Shown here: positions 1 through 6,175 of the stretch, in pieces | Numbering within the stretch: the stretch's first letter is position 1 | Layout of the letters: every line of letters begins with the position of its first letter | DNA from: a virus | Taxonomy: Duplodnaviria > Heunggongvirae > Uroviricota > Caudoviricetes | Virus record (IMG/VR): IMGVR_UViG_2703718823_000001 | Location: 1-13,174 of that record | Length of the DNA stretch: 13,174 nucleotides | Reading direction: 5' to 3' (one strand) | Made by a program: the position numbers and the translations under genes | Notes under the pieces: model-generated | Databases searched by the model: none | What the model was told of the DNA's origin: nothing | What the model saw: the letters and a program-made list of their open reading frames with translations, nothing else

Positions 1-527
1 CAAAAATCAAATACGGCCTGTCGGCTGTCGTTCTGGCGCTGATTGCCGCAGGGGCTTCTGCGCCTGAAATCCTCGACCAGTTTCTGGATGAAAAGGAAGG
101 TAACCACACCACGGCATACCGTGATGGTGCGGGTATCTGGACCATCTGCCGTGGAGCCACCCGGGTGGATGGTAAGCCTGTGATTCCTGGCATGAAGCTG
201 TCGAAGGAAAAATGCGACCGGGTTAACGCTATCGAACGGGATAAGGCGCTGGCATGGGTGGCGAAAAACATCAGAGTGCCACTGACCGAACCTCAGAAAG
301 CGGGTATTGCGTCATTCTGCCCGTATAACATTGGCCCCGGTAAGTGTTTCCCGTCGACGTTTTATAAACGAATTAATGCAGGCGATCGCAGAGGAGCGTG
401 TGAAGCGATTCGCTGGTGGATTAAGGACGGTGGCAGAGACTGCCGTATCCGCTCAAATAATTGCTACGGTCAGGTATCTCGTCGCGACCAGGAGAGTGCG
501 CTGGCGTGCTGGGGTATCGACAGATAA
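1..527 (+). CDS. R: Endolysin, T4-lysozyme-like muramidase with apparent SAR (signal-anchor-release) N-terminal domain; 5' end lies upstream of window
   Basis: Frame 0 is open from nt 3 to the TAA at 525-527. It translates to KIKYGLSAVVLALIAAGASAPEILDQF... (Gly/Ala-rich, weakly hydrophobic, SAR-like) followed by E(96-98)-x8-D(123-125)-x5-T(141-143), the spacing of the T4 lysozyme catalytic triad. It sits directly upstream of Rz/Rz1. Confidence 0.85.
   Translation, partial: KIKYGLSAVVLALIAAGASAPEILDQFLDEKEGNHTTAYRDGAGIWTICRGATRVDGKPVIPGMKLSKEKCDRVNAIERDKALAWVAKNIRVPLTEPQKAGIASFCPYNIGPGKCFPSTFYKRINAGDRRGACEAIRWWIKDGGRDCRIRSNNCYGQVSRRDQESALACWGIDR
412..419 (+). other. Chi octamer 5'-GCTGGTGG-3' (RecBCD hotspot sequence), inside the endolysin gene
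   Basis: Exact octamer match read in the sequence. The orientation is the one that is active for RecBCD entering from the right-hand cos end. Confidence 0.55.
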
Positions 528-682
528 GCAGAATATTTTGCTGAAAAGCCTGTAACTGATGACATCAGCAGAGCACTGGCTTTTGCCATTAAGTGGGTGG
601 CGGTCGGTGTTGCTGTGTCCCCGATGCTGTATGGGCTGGCAAAACTGGTCATTGCGTTGAAATCGTGAAGGGAGGATTAAGC

Positions 683-814
683 ATGTCAGACAAACTCATA
701 ACGCTGGCGAAGATCCTCTGTGTAATTGTCGGCATTTCATTTTCACTAATGCTGGTTGCTCTTTTTCTTTCCATGGCCTGGATGATGTTGTCTTCGTCGG
801 GGCTGCTGGGGTGA
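683..814 (+). CDS. Hypothetical small single-pass membrane protein (43 aa) between endolysin and Rz
   Basis: ATG at 683 is preceded by a strong Shine-Dalgarno (AAGGGAGGA, 6-nt spacer). Product [43 protein letters not shown] has one long hydrophobic segment. Its TGA stop (812-814) overlaps the Rz GTG (811-813), suggesting translational coupling. No homolog recognised from memory. Confidence 0.5.
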   Translation: MSDKLITLAKILCVIVGISFSLMLVALFLSMAWMMLSSSGLLG

Positions 815-1284
815 ACATAAACCGAATGCTTTCCGCGTTTATCGTTATTCTGCTGGTGGCCTGTGGAGCGCTGTGGATGGCAACAGACCATTACCGTGAT
901 AACGCGATTACCTACAAAGCGCAGCGCGATAACAAAGCCAGTGAACTGAAGCTGGCGAACGCAACCATTACTGATATGCAGGTGCGCCAGCGCGATGTTG
1001 CTGCGCTCGATGCAAAATACTCGAGGGAATTAGCCGATGCGAGAGCTGAAAATGAAACTCTTCGCGCTGACGTTGCCGCTGGTCGTAAGCGCCTGCGGAT
1101 CAACGCCACCTGCCACGGTACCGTGCGTGAAGCCCCCACCACCTCCGGCGTGGATAATGCAACCGGCCCCCGACTGGCAGACACCGTTACACGGGATTAT
1201 TTCACCCTCAGAGAGCGGCTGATGACGATGCAGAAGCAACTGGAAGGGGCGCAGGAATATATCCGTACTCAGTGCATTAAGTAG
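811..1284 (+). CDS. Rz: i-spanin (inner-membrane spanin subunit) Rz
   Basis: Product has an N-terminal TM helix followed by ...[14 protein letters not shown]...DVAALDAKY...[28 protein letters not shown], co-linear with lambda Rz as I recall it. Start may be GTG 811 (coupled to upstream ORF) or ATG 826. Confidence 0.9.
   Translation: MNINRMLSAFIVILLVACGALWMATDHYRDNAITYKAQRDNKASELKLANATITDMQVRQRDVAALDAKYSRELADARAENETLRADVAAGRKRLRINATCHGTVREAPTTSGVDNATGPRLADTVTRDYFTLRERLMTMQKQLEGAQEYIRTQCIK
852..859 (+). other. Chi octamer 5'-GCTGGTGG-3', inside Rz
   Basis: Exact octamer match, same orientation as the copy at 412-419. Confidence 0.55.
1037..1222 (+). CDS. Rz1: o-spanin (outer-membrane lipoprotein spanin subunit) Rz1, embedded in the +1 frame of Rz
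   Basis: Product [20 protein letters not shown]... has a lipobox (VSAC) and the proline-rich [22 protein letters not shown] core, closely matching lambda Rz1 as recalled. It lies entirely within Rz in another frame, as in lambda. Confidence 0.85.
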   Translation: MRELKMKLFALTLPLVVSACGSTPPATVPCVKPPPPPAWIMQPAPDWQTPLHGIISPSESG

Positions 1285-1307
1285 TCTTTTTATTATCCGG
1301 AGGATGT

Positions 1308-1532
1308 ATGAAGAAATTACTGGTAACCGTAAAGCCTTTTCAGGGAACAATTCCGTTCCGTATTTTGCAGCGTGGTCGTGTTCTTGTTGAAGGTTCGTTC
1401 AGTGGTAAATGTACGCAATTACACTCCCGGACCTTTCAGGTGAATGCCACGAATGAAGAGCTAACCGTTGAGTGTACGATGAATGCCGCTAAATGCCGCA
1501 TGGTATCCGCTGCATTACAGCCAGTGTGTTGA
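1308..1532 (+). CDS. Hypothetical 74-aa Cys-containing protein in the 'moron' position between spanins and cos
   Basis: ATG at 1308 is preceded by GGAGG (1299-1303). Product MKKLLVTVKPFQGTIPFRILQRGRVLVEGSFSGKCTQLHSRTFQVNATNEELTVECTMNAAKCRMVSAALQPVC has 4 Cys and no obvious signal peptide or TM segment. It occupies the slot where lambda carries bor on the opposite strand. No homolog recognised. Confidence 0.45.
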   Translation: MKKLLVTVKPFQGTIPFRILQRGRVLVEGSFSGKCTQLHSRTFQVNATNEELTVECTMNAAKCRMVSAALQPVC

Positions 1533-1759
1533 GCGACCTTATTATCCATGCGCGGTATTGTCGCCGTATTCCTGCATTAACAGAGACCGCAGCCCGACAG
1601 GGAGACTCCTCTGCGAGAGTGTGCGGGGATAATCAAAAACGATACACACCGGGGTTTACCGCGTTAACGGAGCGCGGCGTTGTCCCCTCATGGTCGCTGG
1701 TCCGGTGCGATGGTGGAAGAAACTGGATTTTGTTGCAACTGACAATCATTATCATTTTG

Positions 1760-1836
1760 CCGGGTCCTTTCCGGCGATCCGGGCCGTTACGGGGCGGCGA
1801 CCTCGCGGGTTTTCGCTATTTATGAAAATTTTCCGG
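1760..1836 (+). other. cos: cosQ/cosN region of a lambda-type cohesive-end site; predicted 12-nt cohesive end GGGCGGCGACCT at 1792-1803
   Basis: 1792-1836 (GGGCGGCGACCTCGCGGGTTTTCGCTATTTATGAAAATTTTCCGG) matches the lambda left end as I recall it. The preceding ...GGGTCCTTTCCGG.GATCCG...GTTACG closely resembles the lambda right end. The small terminase start lies about 195 bp downstream of the predicted end, as in lambda. Confidence 0.8.
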
Positions 1837-1840
1837 GATC

Positions 1841-1948
1841 CATGTCCGGTTTCTCTGCAAGTTAACCATATGAAAAATATAAAAACATGCTTTCCATGAA
1901 CCGGACATGCGCAAAAAATAGACACTAAAACCGGACATGACCGGTTTT
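1841..1948 (+). repeat. cosB-like cluster: four copies of a 12-bp element CATGTCCGGTTT in both orientations, separated by A-tract-rich spacer
   Basis: 1841-1852 CATGTCCGGTTT (forward). 1898-1909 GAACCGGACATG (reverse, 11/12). 1928-1939 AAACCGGACATG (reverse, 12/12). 1937-1948 CATGACCGGTTT (forward, 11/12, overlapping the previous copy to form a near-palindrome). The cluster lies between cosN and the small terminase gene, where lambda has its R3-I1-R2-R1 sites. Confidence 0.6.
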
Positions 1949-1986
1949 GTTGTGATTGTGAGGTGAGAGTTTTTGCGAGGTGAGGA

Positions 1987-2496
1987 GTGGCTACGCAGAC
2001 TGAAGTTGCCAGGCATTTAAGTCTGACCGATCGCCAGCTTCGCAGATTGCAGAAATTGCCGGGTGCCCCGATATCGAATAAGCGAGGGCAACTGGATCTG
2101 GATGCCTGGCGCGATTTTTACATATCGTATCTGAGAAGAAGTAAAAACGATGTGCCTGATGGCGATAGCGAAGACGACTATGAGGAGAAATTGCTTATTG
2201 CCAGATGGGAACTGACAGCAGAACAGGCTGTTACACAGCAGTTAAAAAATGAGGTGTCAAAAGGAAAACTTATTGACACCGGGTTCTGTATTTTTGCCCT
2301 CAGCAAGCTGGCAATGGCGTTATCCAGTACGCTTGATTCCATCCCTTTATCCATGCAGCGACAGTTTCCTGATTTAACACCGCGCCATCTTGACCATCTG
2401 AAAACCCTTATTGCGAAGGGGGCAAATCAGTGTGCGCGGGCGGGGGATAAATTACCGGATTTACTCGATGAATATATCAGAGCAACAACTGAATAA
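1987..2496 (+). CDS. Terminase small subunit (cos-binding DNA packaging protein); Nu1-like C-terminal region, non-lambda N-terminal HTH region
   Basis: GTG start at 1987 with GAGG 6 nt upstream; no in-frame ATG nearby. The C-terminal part (...GFCIFALSKLAMALSSTLDSIPLSMQRQFPDLTPRHLDHLK...LPDLLDEYI) aligns with lambda Nu1 C-terminus as recalled. The N-terminal part (MATQTEVARHLSLTDRQLRRLQKLPGAP...) does not resemble lambda Nu1. Its 3' end overlaps the large terminase start. Confidence 0.85.
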   Translation: MATQTEVARHLSLTDRQLRRLQKLPGAPISNKRGQLDLDAWRDFYISYLRRSKNDVPDGDSEDDYEEKLLIARWELTAEQAVTQQLKNEVSKGKLIDTGFCIFALSKLAMALSSTLDSIPLSMQRQFPDLTPRHLDHLKTLIAKGANQCARAGDKLPDLLDEYIRATTE

Positions 2497-4396
2497 TATG
2501 ATGAGTGCTGTCACAACAGCATTACAGCCCCTGATAAGGGCATTGCCGGTGACGCCAGTTGAATGGGCTGATCAAAATTATTATCTGCCTAAAGAATCTT
2601 CATATGGTGAGGGAGAATGGAAAACGCTGCCGTTCCAGATCGCCATCATGAACAGCATGGGGAATGATCAGATCCGGACTGTTAATCTGATTAAATCTGC
2701 CCGTGTTGGCTATACAAAGATGTTGCTGGGAGTCGCCGGGTATTTTATTGAGCATAAATCCCGAAACAGTCTGCTTTTTCAGCCCACGGATTCTGCCGCT
2801 GAAGATTTTATGAAGTCTCACGTGGAGGCGACGATTCGCGATGTTCCCTGCCTGAAAAAACTTTCTCCCTGGCTGGGACGTAAACATCGTGATAATACCA
2901 TCACGCTGAAACGCTTTTCATCGGGTGTGGGCTTCTGGTGCCTGGGCGGCGCTGCCGCCAAAAACTACCGTGAAAAATCCGTGGACGTGGTCTGCTATGA
3001 CGAACTTTCCTCGTTCGAGCCGGATGTCGAAAAAGAGGGCTCGCCAACCCTGCTGGGGGATAAGCGTATTGAGGGCTCGGTATGGCCAAAATCCATTCGC
3101 GGCTCGACGCCTAAAATAAAAGGCTCCTGCCAGATCGAAAAAGCGGCCAACGAGTCGGCACATTTCATGCGTTTTTATGTGCCCTGCCCGCACTGCGGGG
3201 AGGAGCAGTATCTGAAATTTGGCGATGAGTCCACGCCTTTTGGCCTTAAATGGGAGAAGGACAGTCCCGAAAGTGTTTTCTACCTCTGTGAACATCATGG
3301 CTGCGTGATCCATCAGTCTGAACTGGACCAGAGCAACGGGCGGTGGATCTGTGAAAACACGGGGATGTGGACCCGCGACGGTCTGACGTTTTTCAGCGCC
3401 GCGGATAATGAAATTCCGCCGCCGCGCTCCATCACATTCCATATCTGGACGGCGTACAGTCCGTTCACCACCTGGGTACAGATTGTCTATGACTGGCTGG
3501 ATGCACTGAAAGATCCCAACGGCCTGAAAACCTTTGTGAACACCACGCTGGGCGAGACCTGGGAAGAGGCCGTGGGCGAAAAACTCGATCACCAGGTGCT
3601 GATGGATAAGGTTGTGCGTTACACGGCTGCGGTGCCTTCCCGGGTGGTTTATCTGACGGCGGGCATTGACTCGCAGCGAAACCGTTTTGAGATGTATGTC
3701 TGGGGATGGGCTCCGGGAGAGGAAGCCTTTCTGGTGGATAAAATCATCATTATGGGGCGTCCCGATGAGGAAGAGACGCTGTTACGTGTGGATGTGGCGA
3801 TCAACAAAAAATACCGCCATGCAGACGGAACCGAAATGACCATTTCCCGTGTCTGCTGGGACACCGGGGGGATCGATGGCGAAATTGTCTATCAGAGGTC
3901 AAAAAAACACGGTGTTTTCCGGGTGCTGCCGGTAAAAGGTGCATCTGTTTATGGCAAGCCGGTGATCACCATGCCAAAAACCCGCAATCAGCGGGGCGTG
4001 TATCTGTGCGAAGTGGGGACGGACACCGCAAAAGAAATTCTCTATGCCCGTATGAAAGCCGATCCCACGCCTGCGGATGAAGCCACGTCGTATGCCATCC
4101 GTTTTCCTGATGATCCGGAGATTTTTTCGCAGACAGAGGCGCAGCAACTGGTGGCGGAAGAGCTTGTGGAGAAGTGGGAAAAAGGAAAGATGCGTCTGCT
4201 GTGGGATAACAAAAAGCGGCGTAACGAAGCGCTGGACTGCCTGGTGTATGCCTACGCGGCATTACGTGTGTCCGTGCAACGCTGGCAACTTGATCTGGCT
4301 GTACTGGCAAAATCCCGGGAAGAAGAGACGACCCGGCCAACCCTTAAAGAACTGGCAGCGAAGCTGTCCGGAGGAGTGAATGGTTACAGTCGCTGA
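2468..4396 (+). CDS. A: Terminase large subunit (ATPase/endonuclease), lambda gpA-like
   Basis: Product starts MNISEQQLNN... and is co-linear along its whole length with lambda gpA as recalled (e.g. VEWADQNYYLPKES, KSARVGYTKMLLGV, FWCLGGAAAKNYREKSVDV, CPHCGEEQYLKFGD, YLTAGIDSQ, WDNKKRRNEALDC). The ORF-track start at 2411 is a TTG-initiated upstream extension, judged unlikely. Confidence 0.95.
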   Translation: MNISEQQLNNMMSAVTTALQPLIRALPVTPVEWADQNYYLPKESSYGEGEWKTLPFQIAIMNSMGNDQIRTVNLIKSARVGYTKMLLGVAGYFIEHKSRNSLLFQPTDSAAEDFMKSHVEATIRDVPCLKKLSPWLGRKHRDNTITLKRFSSGVGFWCLGGAAAKNYREKSVDVVCYDELSSFEPDVEKEGSPTLLGDKRIEGSVWPKSIRGSTPKIKGSCQIEKAANESAHFMRFYVPCPHCGEEQYLKFGDESTPFGLKWEKDSPESVFYLCEHHGCVIHQSELDQSNGRWICENTGMWTRDGLTFFSAADNEIPPPRSITFHIWTAYSPFTTWVQIVYDWLDALKDPNGLKTFVNTTLGETWEEAVGEKLDHQVLMDKVVRYTAAVPSRVVYLTAGIDSQRNRFEMYVWGWAPGEEAFLVDKIIIMGRPDEEETLLRVDVAINKKYRHADGTEMTISRVCWDTGGIDGEIVYQRSKKHGVFRVLPVKGASVYGKPVITMPKTRNQRGVYLCEVGTDTAKEILYARMKADPTPADEATSYAIRFPDDPEIFSQTEAQQLVAEELVEKWEKGKMRLLWDNKKRRNEALDCLVYAYAALRVSVQRWQLDLAVLAKSREEETTRPTLKELAAKLSGGVNGYSR

Positions 4397-4586
4397 ACTG
4401 CAGGCGCTGCGTCAGGCGCGCCTTGATTTATTAACCGGTAAACGGGTGGTGTCTGTCCAGAAAGATGGTCGCAGAATTGAATATACGGCGGCCTCTCTGG
4501 ATGAGCTTAACCGGGCGATCAATGATGCTGAGTTGGTACTGGGGACAACCCGCCGTCGCCGTCGTCCGCTGGGAGTGAGGTTATGA
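4380..4586 (+). CDS. W: Head-tail joining / head completion protein, lambda gpW-like (68 aa)
   Basis: Product contains ...LLTGKRVVSVQKDGRRIEYTAASLDEL...RRRRRPLG, same length as and similar to lambda gpW as recalled. GAGGAG lies 3 nt upstream of the ATG. Overlaps the end of A and the start of B (ATGA). Confidence 0.9.
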   Translation: MVTVAELQALRQARLDLLTGKRVVSVQKDGRRIEYTAASLDELNRAINDAELVLGTTRRRRRPLGVRL

Positions 4587-6175
4587 AACGAAAGCCTGTC
4601 CTGATTGATGTGAACGGCGTTCCGCTTCGGGAGAGCCTCAGCTACAACGGGGGCGGTGCAGGATTTGGCGGGCAAATGGCAGAGTGGTTGCCACCCTCGC
4701 AGAGTGCCGATGCGGCCCTGCTGCCCGCGTTGCGTCTGGGGAATGCCCGTGCAGATGATCTGGTGCGCAATAACGGAATAGCGGCCAATGCGGTGGCCCT
4801 GCATAAGGATCACATTGTCGGGCATATGTTTCTGATTAGCTACCGTCCGAACTGGCGCTGGCTGGGGATGCGGGAGACCGCGGCAAAAAGTTTTGTCGAT
4901 GAGGTGGAGGCGGCCTGGTCAGAATACGCAGAAGGGATGTTTGGTGAGATCGACGTGGAAGGGAAACGCACGTTTACGGAATTTATCCGTGAAGGTGTGG
5001 GCGTTCATGCGTTTAACGGCGAAATCTTTGTGCAGCCGGTCTGGGATACGGAGAGCACGCAACTGTTTCGTACGCGTTTTAAAGCCGTGAGTCCGAAACG
5101 GGTGGACACGCCAGGACACGGTATCGGGAACCGTTTTCTGCGGGCCGGGGTGGAGGTTGATCGATATGGCCGTGCCGTTGCGTACCATATCTGTGAGGAT
5201 GATTTTCCTCGCTCCGGGAGTGGACGATGGGAACGGATCCCGCGTGAACTTCCCACCGGGCGTCCGGCCATGCTGCATATTTTCGAGCCGGTGGAGGACG
5301 GGCAGACCCGTGGGGCCAACCAGTTTTACAGCGTCATGGAACGGCTGAAGATGCTCGATTCCCTGCAGGCAACACAGCTTCAGTCGGCCATTGTTAAAGC
5401 CATGTATGCAGCGACGATTGAAAGTGAACTTGATACCGAAAAGGCCTTTGAATATATCGCCGGTGCGCCGCAGGGGCAGAAGGATAATCCGCTTATTAAT
5501 ATTCTGGATAAGTTCTCCACCTGGTATGACACGAATAGCGTGACGCTGGGCGGTGTCAAAATTCCGCACCTTTTCCCTGGTGATGATCTGAAACTTCAGA
5601 CCGCGCAGGATTCAGACAATGGATTTTCGGCGCTTGAACAGGCGCTGCTGCGGTATATCGCTGCCGGTCTTGGCGTTTCCTACGAACAGTTGTCCCGTGA
5701 TTACTCGAAGGTCAGTTACTCAAGTGCCCGCGCCTCCGCCAATGAGTCGTGGCGCTATTTTATGGGGCGGCGAAAATTTATTGCGGCCCGGCTGGCCACG
5801 CAGATGTTTTCCTGCTGGCTGGAAGAGGCACTTCTTCGGGGGATTATTCGTCCGCCACGGGCACGTTTTGATTTTTATCAGGCGCGTTCAGCCTGGTCAC
5901 GGGCTGAGTGGATTGGTGCCGGAAGAATGGCCATTGACGGGCTCAAGGAGGTTCAGGAATCGGTGATGCGTATTGATTCCGGACTGAGCACGTATGAGAA
6001 AGAGCTGGCGCTGATGGGCGAGGATTATCAGGACATTTTCCGCCAGCAGGTCAGGGAATCTGCAGAGCGGGAAAAAGCCGGACTCTCACGTCCGGTGTGG
6101 ATAGCGCAGGCGTATCAGCAGCAGATAGCGGAGAGTCGCAGGCCGGAAGAGGAGACAACACCACGTGAGACGTAA
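4583..6175 (+). CDS. B: Portal protein, lambda gpB-like
   Basis: 530-aa product in the position and of the size of lambda gpB (about 533 aa), between W and C, with start overlapping the W stop. Confidence 0.93.
   Translation: MKRKPVLIDVNGVPLRESLSYNGGGAGFGGQMAEWLPPSQSADAALLPALRLGNARADDLVRNNGIAANAVALHKDHIVGHMFLISYRPNWRWLGMRETAAKSFVDEVEAAWSEYAEGMFGEIDVEGKRTFTEFIREGVGVHAFNGEIFVQPVWDTESTQLFRTRFKAVSPKRVDTPGHGIGNRFLRAGVEVDRYGRAVAYHICEDDFPRSGSGRWERIPRELPTGRPAMLHIFEPVEDGQTRGANQFYSVMERLKMLDSLQATQLQSAIVKAMYAATIESELDTEKAFEYIAGAPQGQKDNPLINILDKFSTWYDTNSVTLGGVKIPHLFPGDDLKLQTAQDSDNGFSALEQALLRYIAAGLGVSYEQLSRDYSKVSYSSARASANESWRYFMGRRKFIAARLATQMFSCWLEEALLRGIIRPPRARFDFYQARSAWSRAEWIGAGRMAIDGLKEVQESVMRIDSGLSTYEKELALMGEDYQDIFRQQVRESAEREKAGLSRPVWIAQAYQQQIAESRRPEEETTPRET

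Noticed and set aside
307-555. 82-aa + strand ORF overlapping the 3' half of the endolysin gene in another frame
   Set aside because: It lies out of frame inside the lysozyme coding region, whose frame carries the catalytic motif. It has no ribosome-binding site and is Arg-rich and low-complexity.
528-668. Hydrophobic peptide (…[31 protein letters not shown]) encoded in the endolysin frame immediately after its TAA stop
   Set aside because: There is no ATG with a ribosome-binding site; only CTG or GTG, or an ATG that would give 14 aa. It could be a remnant of a degraded membrane-protein gene or a stop-codon read-through extension, but nothing in the sequence supports expression.
1493-1899. 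Two + strand ORFs (1493-1825 and 1690-1899) spanning the cos region
   Set aside because: They run across cosQ, cosN and the first cosB repeat, which is conserved non-coding DNA in lambda-like phages. They have no ribosome-binding site, so they are taken as chance ORFs.
2411-2467. Upstream TTG-initiated extension of the large terminase ORF (MRRGQISVRGRG...)
   Set aside because: Similarity to lambda gpA begins at the ATG at 2468 (MNIS...). The extension lies inside the small terminase gene in another frame and starts with a rare TTG.
2918-3592. 224-aa reverse-strand ORF inside the large terminase gene
   Set aside because: It is antisense to a confidently identified, conserved gene. The translation is Arg/Gly/Pro-rich with no recognisable features or ribosome-binding site, typical of a spurious antisense ORF in GC-rich coding DNA.
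4919-5569. 216-aa reverse-strand ORF inside the portal gene, plus shorter reverse ORFs at 5005-5319 and 4412-4825
   Set aside because: Antisense to the portal gene, with no start context and low-complexity composition. Judged to be shadow ORFs.
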